DNA of 64,000 nucleotides from Camelus ferus (taxonomy: Eukaryota). The notes beneath the pieces were generated by a model, which saw nothing but the letters and a program-made list of their open reading frames with translations, had not been told where the DNA came from and ran no database searches. The stretch lies in contig NC_045697.1 in NCBI RefSeq assembly GCF_009834535.1, positions 117,678,001 to 117,742,000 of the forward strand, written 5' to 3'. Numbering within the stretch: the stretch's first letter is position 1; every line of letters starts with the position of its first letter. This document shows positions 1-11,479 of the stretch, in pieces. The translations under genes and the position numbers were made by a program.

Positions 1-149
1 GTCATAGTGTTTCCCGGTATGCACACAGAACCAGAGTCAAAAGTTCTTATATCCTGATTTTAAAGCTAGAATATTAACAATTTGGAGGAAAGATAATTAA
101 GATGATAAAATAAATACACGCAAACCTGACCCCACACTAATATAACTAA

Positions 150-945
150 GAGCAGCCCTCATAAAACATCTTGATAAATGCTGGAGGCTGTGGAGCCCCC
201 CTGCACTGCTGGTGGGAATGCAGGTTGGTGCAGCCACTGTGGGAAACAGTAGGGAGATTCCTCAAAAGACTGGGAATAGACTTACCATGTGACCCAGGAA
301 TCCCACTCCTGGGCTTGTATCCAGAAGGAACCCTACTTCAAAAAGCCACCTGCACCCCAATGTTCACAGCAGCACTATTTACAATAGCCAAGACATGGAG
401 ACAGCCTAAATGCTCAATGACAGACGACTGGATAAAGAAGTTGTGGTATATTTATACAATGGAATACTATTCAGCCATAAAAAGGACACCATAATGCAAT
501 TTGCAGCAACATGGATGTTCCTGGAGAATGTCATTCTAAGTGAAGTAAGCCAGAAAGAGAAAGGAAAATACCATATGATATCACTCATAAGTGGAATCTA
601 AGGAGCAGGAGGAGAAGAAGACAAGTGAACTTAAATATAAAACAGAAACAGACTCAGACATAGAATACAAACTTGTGGTTCCCAGGAGGAGAGGAGTGGG
701 AAGGGACATACTGGGAGTCTAAAATCTGTAGATACTGACAGGTATATATAGAATAGATAAACAGGTTTATACTGTATAGCACAGGGAAATACATACAAGA
801 TCTTGTGGTAGCTCATGGTGAAAAAGAATATGACAATGAATATATGTATGTTCATGTATGACTGAAAACTTGTGCTCTACACTGGAAGTTGATACAACAT
901 TGTAAACTGACTATAACTCAATAAAATAAAATTTTTTAAAAAAGA
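150..945 (+). mobile_element. 5'-truncated LINE-1 (ORF2 C-terminus + 3' UTR + A-rich tail)
   Basis: ORF 171-494 reads [13 protein letters not shown]...TPMFTAALFTIAKTWRQPKC...[18 protein letters not shown], the L1 ORF2 C-terminal motif; followed by 3' UTR and AATAAA/A-rich tail at ~920-945. Confidence 0.95.
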
Positions 946-1270
946 ATCAATTAAGGGCTTGTGATTAAGCTTCTTTATACCTAGGATACAAGTCTGGGCA
1001 AAAATGGGAGAATGTAACTTGTAAGCATATTAGTTATACATATTGTAAGCTATCAGATGCTTGACATTCAAACAGCCCTCAACAAATAGTAGAAGATTCC
1101 CTAATCCAGTGATGGTAAAAATGGCAGCATTGCCAACAGAGGTTAGAGACTGGCCAAATTTGATATTAAAAAGTGTTATTATGTCTGCTGTGAGCACAGA
1201 GAGAAATGACAAATAATGTTTTGGGTTTTGTTGAGATAGTTCCGTTTGGTTTTGGATTTTTTAATTCAAT

Positions 1271-1503
1271 CAATAAATTTGGGTGTTTGAGATTTGCAAA
1301 TGTTAACCACTATATACAAAAACAGATAAAAACCAAATTTCTTCTGTATAGCACAGGGAATAATATTCAATATCTTCTAATAATCTTTAATGAAAAAGAA
1401 TATGAAAACAAATATATGTATGTGTATGCATGACTGCGACATTGTGCTGCACACCAGAAACTGACACATTGTAACTGAATGCACTTCAATTATAAACAAA
1501 AAG
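1271..1503 (+). mobile_element. Short L1 3' UTR fragment
   Basis: Closely similar to the 3' UTRs at 17980-18200 and 48924-49106 (tttcttctgtatagcacaggga...acattgtaactga...cttcaatt + A tail). Confidence 0.9.
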
Positions 1504-1954
1504 AATTCTGAAAGTGTGTTTTAGTATGTTCTGGATTCATATATAATAGACCTTAAAATATAAATCCATAAACCTATGTGCTCTCCTTATAAATCATGCA
1601 AAGCATTGACTGGATAATTTATATCTGTCATCTCTCAGTCATTATTTCTTGAGACTAACAGTACCTTGACATATTTCTTCTGTTGGTTTAGGTCAGAAAA
1701 GATTTTCTAGCATTGAAAGAGATATTCAAAAAATCTGATACTTGTGATATTCCAAGAAGTTCTACCACTGCATAATTTTAAATCCTTATTATTGGACCAA
1801 GATATATTTATCTTACATGGGAGAGCGTTCCAAGGCAATGCACCAGAAATAAAGGCTGATCTATTTAAATCTGGATGGAGAGAAAAATTTTAAAAGATGG
1901 TTTTTCCATATCATTCTGTTATTGGCTAATCATGAGGCTGTCGTCAAATACAAT

Positions 1955-2350
1955 ATATTAGAATCAGAGAATCTTAAAAAAAAACTCACAAATTGAAATG
2001 GCCATAAATACCGCTATCTGGCCCAAACACCTATTCTATGCTCAAACTTTCTGTGAAACATGCCTGCCAAGTAACCCCCCATGTCGAGTGCTTGTAACCA
2101 CTGTGAGCTGTGGCCTCAGTGCACAACCTCCCTTCCCCGGCAGAACTCTACTAGAATGTTCTTCCTGATCTGAAGCCAAAAATAGCCCTCTACCTGGTTT
2201 CTACTCAACAGTCCTGCTTTGAACTGGTGGTACCAAGTCTGCTTCCTCATCTATGTCACAGTTTTTCAAAAATATTGAAGATAATTTTCATACATCTCAG
2301 ATCCTTCAGCTCTTCCTAATATGGCATTATTTTAAGGACTTCAACTATTC
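1955..2350 (-). mobile_element. Ancient CR1/L3 LINE fragment
   Basis: Degenerate match to the reverse complement of the L3 3' region (gaatcagagaatc...tgttcttcctgatctgaagcc...tttcaaaaatattgaagata). Confidence 0.45.
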
Positions 2351-2354
2351 TCTT

Positions 2355-2503
2355 GTTTTTAAACACCTTTGTTGTGGTATGGTTCCTGTACAGTAAACTA
2401 CGCATATTTCAAATGAACAATTTGATTAATTTGGATAGATGTCTACACCCACGAAACCACGACCACAAGCAAGACAGCTAACACTTCCATCTCTCCCCAA
2501 GAG
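2355..2503 (-). mobile_element. Old L1M 3'-end fragment
   Basis: tacagtaaactacgcatatttcaaatgaacaatttgattaattt...cacccacgaaaccacgaccaca pattern typical of antisense L1M 3' ends. Confidence 0.55.
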
Positions 2504-2617
2504 GTGCAACTTTCGAATTCCCAGTTTATCCCTTCCCACCACCCCCAAAAAAGGACACAAGTGACCTTACCTACAAAACAGAAGCAGACTCACAGACATA
2601 GAAAACAGACTTCCGGT
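2504..2617. mobile_element. Small internally inverted L1 3' UTR fragment
   Basis: 2504-2546 is the reverse complement of an L1 3' UTR piece (gggtggtgggaagggataaactggga); 2547-2617 is the directly preceding L1 3' UTR piece in + orientation (compare 16340-16470). Confidence 0.75.
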
Positions 2618-3344
2618 GGTCTCAATTATTCTTACTTCCCACCCCTAAAAGTACTGACCAGCACGGTACAGAAATCTCTGCAAATCTTGCTTTAAGCAAT
2701 AGAGTCCTTTGAGCAAAGTCCTATGCTTAACACAGAATTAGTAACATGAAAACACCACTTTCTTTCTTAAGTAACTATATATAGAGAGTTACATACAACT
2801 CGGATGAAAACGTATAGTATATCACTACTCATCTGTATCACACATGTATATTATACATTGTATTATTCATTACATCATGACTGCTATGCTAATATTTTTT
2901 TTCCAAATGTGCTCTGCCAAACTGTCTTCCCCACACTACATGTGCAGAAGCGATTTCTGAACCAAAGTGCAATTTATACTACAATTTTGTTAGATTCAGC
3001 CCATCACTTTGGCCCTTCAAGATCCCATTAGACCCTAATTCTGTCTCACATAGCTGCTGTATGTTCCAGCATCTCATTCTTTGCAATTTGGATGGTTTGT
3101 CTGTAGAGTCTTACTTTGGTCATTGATAAGATGTTGAACAGGCACACGATAAGGCTGAAATTTCACCAGGAAACATCACCCAGGGTTGAGGATGCTCGAC
3201 TAATTACCCAGCTGTTAAATACCAAGTGTTCTCTATATTGAGACTATGTCTAAATCCTGTTCATAGAGATCAGGTAAGCTATTTCCAAGCACCATAACAA
3301 AATACTGACATAACGACTTACAAGAGTCACAGATCTTGCGGTTT

Positions 3345-4550
3345 GTATTCACTCTTTAAACAAATTTTTATTGCATGTGTATTTTGTACCAGGCACTGTG
3401 TTGACCTCTGGTGACTAAGTCAATGAGACACTGCCCTCAAGAAGCTTACAATCTAGTGGGGAAAGCAGACAATCACAGTTGATGTGACCATATAGCTTTG
3501 CAAACAGGATAGGCAATTAGAAGACCAGGGAGGCACAGAGCGTGATTATCTAAATCAGACAGTCAGGATTAGGAAAGGCTTCCCAAAGGAGACAGCAAGG
3601 TTGGAGTTTAAGTTGAGTCTGCGGTCACGAAGGAACAGTCAGATTAAAATGTGGGACGCATGAGCGTGGCGTTCTTCAGAGAGATCCGGGCAAGACGTAC
3701 AGATGCAGGAGTCGACAGTAAGTGGCATGTACAGCTCTGGATCTGAGCAAGGCCACTGAGGCAGGAGTTAACCAACCAAAGAAGGAAACGTCTGGCATCT
3801 TGGTGAAGGGAAGGACACCGCAGAGCTGTGAGAGAGCAAGTGTGGATGAGACTTGAGTGAGGGCGTGGGCTGGGATGGAAAGATACCGCTGGAGGAGTCA
3901 GAGGCCAGTTCAGCAAGAGTTTTGTGTGCGGATGCCAAGAAATCAGAATCTTATCCAGAAGGCTATGGAGTCCCCCAGAGGGCTCTAAGCATTGGTACAA
4001 CTTTAGCAGACTGAAGAAAGCACACTGCGGGGTGGGTGTGGCGTACGAACTGGTGGAGGAAGACAAGGAGCTCAGAGACTCATAAGGAGCTCACCAGAAA
4101 GGTGGGGGGAGCAGGGAAAGCAGTGTCCACGTGGGAGGGAAGTGAGGGCCACACTCCAAAGATGGCGAAGGCTGAATGAAGACATCTCGGGGACAACTGG
4201 ATTTGAGAAGCTAAGGTTGGAAGGGAAGGTCCAAGGGAATCCCTAAGATCTGAGTTTGGATGGCCAAGCAGGTGATGGAATCACGTTTGCTGCAAACGGA
4301 AACACTGTATTTGGAGAGGCGGGGAGGACTTCGGAACTCAGGTTTTATCATTTTAAATTAAGATCAAGACGGGATAACCAGCTAGAAACGTGGGGTGCAT
4401 GGGTAAGGAGTTCTTCAGCGAGGACCGGGCTGGATGGAGAAACTCAGGCATTAACGCTGAAGAGACGGAGTTACAGCCAGAGATGTGGGCAAAACCACTG
4501 AGGCAGAGTATATAGAAAATCAGAGGAGAGACCAATAGACTAAGGCCAAT
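3345..4550 (-). mobile_element. L2 LINE remnant
   Basis: Starts with the reverse-complemented L2 3' end (attcact...caaatttttattg...tgtaccaggcactgtg...gccctcaagaagcttacaatctagtgggg) and continues as purine-rich L2 body. Confidence 0.8.
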
Positions 4551-5003
4551 GTCAAATTCAAGCTGTGAAATACAAAGTTAAAAAGTTAAAAACACTTTCT
4601 GATCTAAAGTTTATCTTGCATTTAGCCATATATACTAAATTTCTAAAATTTTAGAGATCCAATTTATCAGGTGGTCTGTCAGCCTGGTACTTCAGCTACA
4701 TACCAAAAAACACTGCCTGATAGCATCCATTTACGATTTTCCAGCTTCTCAAAACAATGTAGGTCAAAAAAAAAAAAAGTAAAGAGCCAGGAAAATTTGA
4801 TAATTTGATTCAAGCTCAACATCAACCTAGAACATGAGGGTCCTAAGTCTTTTCTTGTTTTCTCCATTTAAAAACACTTTTCCTCTTACTTACAGTCTTT
4901 GGGGGGAAATGTTAGAAAATGGAAAATTTTGGCTCATGTTTGCTACACTTACACAGCACTTAACTGCATGTATCCATCCAACCCTGTTGCTTCGTCAACT
5001 CCA

Positions 5004-5005
<2 letters not shown>

Positions 5006-5035
<30 letters not shown>
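5006..5035 (+). repeat. Poly(A) tract, 30 nt
   Basis: Direct observation. Confidence 0.95.
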
Positions 5036-5039
<4 letters not shown>

Positions 5040-6002
5040 AAATAAATCAAAATACCACTGGGCAAGAATTTCACCATGTTGAGGAGTGCAAGCTAGTCTG
5101 TACCTAACTTCCGGGTTTTGTAACCCCACATATTCCTCTTAAGATATTTTATAATCAGCTTATGCAAGATGGGCAAACTGCATCATCCTCTAAGACAGAA
5201 ATAATTTGTATATTCTTTCACAGCACATTATTATAACTGAGAGTCCAATCTCAATGTTCAAAAAATTTAATATAATGGATCCAACAATAGCCAGGGAAAA
5301 CCCTAGTCTTCAGAAGTTCCATGATAACAAAATCAAAATTCTTAATAAATGCTCAAAAAATATATAGACAAATCTGACTCTCCAAAGTTCATCTACTTTT
5401 TAATAAGTGGATTTTTGGCAGCATCACCATGACAACTGTTAATAAAGCTTTATGTAGTCTCATAGTTACAAACAGTATTATAATAAAGATTTTAAAACTG
5501 CAGTAGAAAATTTCAGAGACAAAACTTCAACCAATTACTCAACATATCTAAAACACTGTGATGTGGGCTCACAGATATGGGCCACGCCTCCCACTTGAAG
5601 GTTTCCACACACGCCAAGAGAACCTTTTTTGTTTCCCTCTTTATCTACCAGATTTAACTTTAAAAATCTGCCTTCACTATAGACACTGTAAGTATATACA
5701 GTTTATACATCAGGCAATTTAGTAGGGTTGTTCTGGGAAGGGACAGGACGTGTTCCAGAAGATTCCTGTAAGACATGTGGTCCTTATAAGATCAACTGTT
5801 GACAAATTCTAGACTCGGATTCATGCCGTCTGATGGGGACAGAGGGAAGGAGACAGGTGTCCCTGTCAGTTTCCGTATCTAGAGAAGCCTGACTGATCAG
5901 AGATGATCTGACGCCAGACGTAGAACCACCATGACACCAAGACAAATACAACAGTAGTTGGTGCCACTATGCCAACATTTACCAAACAAAAGGTTAATAT
6001 AA

Positions 6003-6131
6003 GGGGGGAGGAGTGTAGCTCAGTGGTAGAGTGCGTGCTTAGCATGCAAGAGGTCCTGGGTTCAATCCCCAGTGCCTCCATTAAAAAAATTTAATTTAAT
6101 TTAATTTAAATAATAAAATAAAATAAAATAT
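6003..6131 (+). mobile_element. tRNA-Ala-derived camelid SINE (Vic-1 type), first unit of a tandem pair
   Basis: Pol III A box (tagctcagtgg) and B box (ggttcaatcc), tRNA-like head, AT-rich tail. Confidence 0.9.
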
Positions 6132-6132
6132 T

Positions 6133-6296
6133 GGGGAGTGAGGTTATAGCTCAGTGTTAGAATGCATGCTTAGGATGCACGAGGTCCTGGGTTCAATCCC
6201 CAGGACCTACATTAAAACATAAATACATAAATAAACAAACAAACCAACAAAGAAACCTAACTATCTCTCCCCCACAAAAAAATTTAAAAAATAAAG
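6133..6296 (+). mobile_element. tRNA-Ala-derived camelid SINE (Vic-1 type), second unit
   Basis: Same head plus AT-rich tail with the aaacctaa-ta-ctccccc motif shared by the other copies. Confidence 0.9.
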
Positions 6297-9200
6297 TGAC
6301 ACCAACATAAAACTAAAAAGGTTACTGTAAAGAATATCCAAAACATGAAAGTGTGTCCTCACACTTGGGAAGAGTAAGGCCTGACAATGACAGGCTCCCT
6401 AAAATGCTAATCTCCTGGTTGTGGCACCAACACTTTATCAGCAGAGTCGTGAGAGCTGCAGGTGTGGTTATTCCTGAACCTTCTCCATCACACTGCACCG
6501 GGCAAGACGCACCGTCCTCTCCACCCCTAGAAGACTGGCCCTGACCCCGGCTTGTGCAGCACTAGAATAAGCAGGGTGATTAAAGCTGAAAATTAGGAGG
6601 TATTTCTTAATAGTGAGCTTGATTTAACACTGGACTTTATATGGGACACGATACCGTCCCCAGACCTGCGGTCTCATATATTCATACCAATATCGACTTG
6701 GACACACCACCTCTGATGCCCTTCCTTTACAAAATACACTTCACAGAATGTGCCTCCGTAATTCCTACAGAACATCTCTGCAACTCTTATCGTCTACACG
6801 TAGACAGTGATGATGCTGGAATAACATTCCCCGAGATCAATGTGGTACTTAAGAAACCTTAATGTAAACATAACTGTAACAACAAATTAATTTTTATTCC
6901 AGATCACTGCATATGTTGTAACATTATTACCTAAAATCACATATTTTGTGAAGGTTATATATTTATACACTGTTCAGTTGTTCCCACTATTGGATATTCT
7001 CTACTGTTATTCACCAGTAATATTAAACTTTAATTTAAAAAAAAAAAAAAAACAGAGTCCAAAGTATAAAACTTTGGTGTTGCTTTTCTGGGTTGGGAAG
7101 GAAGGGGAAATTGGGTGATCTGGATTTAGATTTTAATTTTACAAGTAACCTCAAATTTAATGACATATTTTTTGAGAAATATCCTAATTTTCTAATATAA
7201 ATCTTTTATCAAGAAAAAAATACTGAAATAGAAAATTGATCTACCATGTGAATTTTCATCTGCCATTCACTAATATGAATTAAACAGACCTTAAAATTAT
7301 AGTTTAGCTATTTTTAAATAAATTTTTAATGAATTTAATGATTTAATGATTTTTTTAACGAATATGCATTTTTAGGAGTATTTTTTTAGTCAACTTTTTG
7401 AACTGCTATTTGCTCAAAATACAGAATCTCAGTATCCAACTAAAGCTGCACATTCAGGGCAAGAAAGAGTAACTTTTTTCCACATTTATAAAAGATGTAT
7501 ACAAATTACCTAAGCCCAAGGCATGAACAAAGCTTGATAAAACTGGGAATTAGCTTTCTCCTTCCCAAACTCTTCACTCTGTCACGTTCTACCTATGAAA
7601 CAAACGGGTACATGGTCTGATGGGAAGCATTCTGCTGATACGTGTCTCAATAAACCACCTTATTTGAGCAAAATGCAGTAACGTTTCCCCAGATAAGAAG
7701 GTAAGACAGGAAGAACCTACGATGGGCAGAGGTACTGCTTCTTTTTCCCCTTCCCTTTCTTTGAGGACTTCTCCTTAGAACAGGCTTCTTCAATCCACGA
7801 GGAAATCAAAAGGAAAAAGACAACCGCCAGTAAAAACTTCATCTTGAAAAGTTAACTTTCGGGAGCGCAATCTACAAGAAAGAACAAGAAAACGTTTACC
7901 TTTCAGGAAGCAAATGATTAACTCTATGACTCCTTAAGGAGTTTGACCATTACCACCCGGCAGACAAGTGCTTCTGTACATCAAATTCTCTTTGCTCACA
8001 GTAAACACATGCCTCCCAAACCCACATAACCATGAGGGCTTTGTAATATTTTAAGCTTATTAAATATGTTATACTGAGTATGATTTTTCTATTCTTCCTC
8101 CTCCTCTGGAGGAAAAAAAACAAACTGTAAGTCCTACCTCTGAAGTCCATTTTTAGACTTTTAAATATCATATGTACATTCATGTATAATCATATATAGT
8201 GTTTGTGAATTTTTTTACTTGCATAAATCCTATTTGGCCTTTAAAAAAATTCTCACTGCTCAAACCTGTGTGGTATACTTCACTATATAATATGTGATAC
8301 TTTCGTAGTAAAAGTTAGTTTAAATAGTGGTTTATAGAAAGTAAGACCCCAAAGAGGAATAAAAGGTAAGTATGCAAAATTTCTATCATAGAGTTTATAT
8401 ATATATATCATATAAAATTTTATATACCATATATTATTATTACAATATAATATTATATATTATATACTATACAAAATTGTAAATTGATACTGAATTGCAC
8501 AATATATCAGTATATGCTCAGAAAGATACCAGGAAGGGTGTTTAACACGGTATTGAAACAGTTACCTTGTGCTAGTACACTTCAATTTTTTTGTTTTCTT
8601 TTTTAAAGCTCTCTGTTCTTTGAATCTGCATGTATGTTTTCCCCAAAGCAATAAAACTATTCTAAAGGGAAGGACAATTCTAAGTATTAAAGGATTGACA
8701 GAGATAGAAGGCGAATGTAGTATCAGAGGGTTTCACTCCCTAAATTGTTTCTATTTATACACACTAAATTTGCAAGTTACCTTTTACCCCTAAAACGTGC
8801 ATATTGACTGAAGTTAGCTTTCCTCCTCACATGATACTAACATTTATCATCAAAAAGACAATTTCTGACTCCAGAAATTCTAGGCAACACTATATGAAAT
8901 AGACTCCTCCAGATAATCCCCTTGGCCATATTTTAATAGCATTTTCCTAGCTCAAATGAGAACTATATTCTTGTCCGTCTGGTGCACACACACACAAAAA
9001 AAAAAAGAAAGAAAGAAAGAAAGAAAAAAGCGGTTTAAGCATCTCCTATACACTGGAATATTTAAACCTCTTCCGCATCCTTCACTTCCAAACCATAAAT
9101 TCTTACTCCTTCATTGTTTTCTGCAGGGTAAGAGCCCCGTCTACCCCTCGACATTAACTTCATTCCCAGCTCTCCCTTATAATTTTGCTTCTCCGATGTC

Positions 9201-9299
9201 ACGATTTTCACCTCCCTCCTCTCAGGAATTCTTATTATCTCACATTTATCCTTTACAGCCCCTAGCAAACCACGACTTCCTCCCTGGTCCTGTCTCCTG

Positions 9300-10110
9300 A
9301 AGACGACAGAGGGGACTCCAGGCCCACAGCATCCCTCGGTCAACTCAGCACCGGGCTCCCTGCCCCCTCCCACGGCGGCATCTGGTCCAGACACCTTGGC
9401 CCGCGGCCGCAGGTACCATGCCCACCTTCACACTCGGCCCCAGGACACCACTGGAGGCCGTCCTGGCGGTCTGCAGGGTGGAGAGAGAAATTCCGTGTCA
9501 CCTCCCACCTTCCGGAGGGGGCAGCTGCAGTGGCTGAGGGTTCCCCGCAGGCAAAACGACGCCAGCTACGTCCGCGAGCCTCTCCGCACGCCTCCAGCCG
9601 AGCGGACCCGCACCTCCTCCAGGGATGCGCGGACATCCCCCGGCATCCTCCTCCCCCTCCGCCTCCCCGCGCCCCGCCGCCGCAGTGCCCCCGCGCCCCG
9701 GCCCCGGCCCCGCGCGCCGCGCGCCCCTCTCCAGAGCCGACTTGCCTGAGGAGCCCGCCCGCAGCCCCGTGAGGACTGGCGCTCCGGCCCCGACGCGCCG
9801 CTGCGGGGGGAGCGGCTGCGCCCGGATCCCCGTCCGCGTCCCCGTCCGCGTGCCCGTCCCCGCGATGGGCTGACGCGCCTGCTCGCGCCGCCGAGCCTGC
9901 GCCGTACGGTCCGCTCCGCGGCGGGGTGGGCGCGCTGCGGGGCGCGGGCCGGGATGCTGACGGCGCGGGGGCCCCGGCCGCGCGGGAGGACGTCCCACCG
10001 TCCGCCGTCTCGGGCCCCCGCCCCGGAGGGGATTCTGAGCGTAAGGATGCGGTCCCCACCGGAGGCTCGCTCTAGACGGTGGGGCGGGGGTGGAGGGTGG
10101 GGGTGGGCAG
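9300..10110. promoter_or_regulatory. CpG-island promoter, main transcript most likely on the minus strand
   Basis: Very high GC and CpG density against an AT-rich background; GC boxes; GC skew flips at ~9880-9920 (C-rich on + to the left, G-rich to the right). Confidence 0.9.
9746..9920 (-). other. Putative non-coding first exon of an unidentified minus-strand gene
   Basis: Minus strand reads ...gggctcctCAG|GCAAGT at 9746/9745, the consensus GC-AG donor; no recognisable CDS; TSS position estimated from GC skew only. Confidence 0.5.
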
Positions 10111-10864
10111 GGCTGGCCCAGAAGAAAAAAAAAACATTCAAAGAGCTGCAGTCCTTTATTGTCCGTTTTTGACCACTAGCAACAAAAAGTGATGGAACAA
10201 CAAATGCCCCTGTTGGACCAAAGCAGACGACAGCCAGTTTCTGGGATTTCATCGTTGGCCTGGTCCGCTGGCATCTGACTTCATCTTGGAGTCTTATTTC
10301 CAATTTCTCAAAGCCTGACCTTTCTAAGTGCCCTTAAGTTGATCAAAGTCACGAAAGCCATGTAATCATGGAGGTAATGCTGTTTGAATATTTTTGCATA
10401 ATTAACACGTGTACAGAACTTTAGTTTCAGAGCGCGGTCGCTGCATTACCGCACTTGGCCCTCGCTCCATTCATTCCTGGGCAAGTTTCTTGGCTTCGTC
10501 CCCATTTTAAAGACGAAGAAGGCGAAGCTCCGGTATATTAAAGGATTAATTTAGGGTTACTTAAGTACCTTGAACAGAATTTACCTGAGACTCAGAGTCT
10601 TATTTTAACAGTTATGAGTCAGGTACAATCCTCTGCCTTCTGTTTACCAAGGACCCCTTCCCTTGGCTCCTGGGTAACATACAAAGCTTTCCTGTTACCT
10701 CTGGACTGAGCGCCTACTTGACTTCTTTTTATTAAGAAAGCAGTCTCAGACGAGCAGTATTACTTAGCAAAGTTTTGCGGACCTATACACGTATTTCTTC
10801 ACTAGTAAACTGTCAACTCACATCATGCGGGGGGAGTGAGCTTTTCCTGTAAGTAACCATGTTC

Positions 10865-11353
10865 TGTAGGTGTCACAAGATACTCTGCTCTGAAAACCAA
10901 GTAGAAGTTAGTCTTTCATAAAATACATTTACATTTATAAGGGAAAAAAATCTCCATTTGTTTGGCTGTCTCCCTCTCTGCGCCAGGAAGAGGAGGCTGA
11001 CTAAATCTCCAAAAACTCTTACCCCAGGGGGAGGCACAGGATTCAGTCTGCATGACAATCACGCCCTTCTTGACCGTTTTTTCCTGGTAGTCTCCCTGGA
11101 CCAACTGGAGTTCCTCCGCCACCAACATCTTCTTTTGTCTTTAGTTGGAGATGGTCTTTGAGGCGGTGTCTCGGGCCATTTTGGGGAGTTACTCAGGTTT
11201 CTTGGGTGTCTCCCATGCACACAGGTGGTACACATGTTATTAAACTTCTGGGTGTTTTTCCTCCTGTTAATCTGTCTTTTTTTTTTTTTTTAACTAGGAA
11301 TCTCAGCCAAGAACCAAGAAGGGTGAGGAGAAAATCATTTTTCCTCCCCTACA
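10865..11353 (+). mobile_element. ERV1-class solo LTR (MER34/MER39-like)
   Basis: Termini TGTAGG...CCTACA (inverted), ATTAAA signal followed by U5-like tcctgttaatctgtcttt...ttcctcccctaca. Confidence 0.75.
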
Positions 11354-11479
11354 GGACAAAAAATAAGTTTCACGCAACCAAGGGAATTCAGAAGCGGAGG
11401 AAAACCTGAAACTTAGTTTTCTTGTAATCTTGAATTACTAAGAATGGGAAGTAATAGTAGGTAGAGATTCACGTGATGA

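Noticed and set aside
171..494. ORFs at 171, 15884, 44944 and 61997 as host genes
   Set aside because: All are L1 ORF2 C-terminal remnants.
1030..1212. Hydrophobic 60-aa minus-strand ORF as a coding exon of the host gene
   Set aside because: No recognisable protein match and no convincing splice-site pair.
6003..6080. tRNA-Ala gene calls for the tRNA-like heads (here and at ~10 other sites)
   Set aside because: Divergent dispersed copies with AT-rich tails and TSDs; these are SINEs, not tRNA genes.
9690..9715. GGGGCC repeats suggesting C9orf72
   Set aside because: Only 2-3 units, and the flanks do not resemble the C9orf72 sequence I know.
9340..10303. Long overlapping ORFs (up to 245 aa) across the CpG island
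   Set aside because: Low-complexity Arg/Gly/Pro/Ala translations on both strands, expected from stop-codon scarcity in GC-rich DNA; no recognisable protein.
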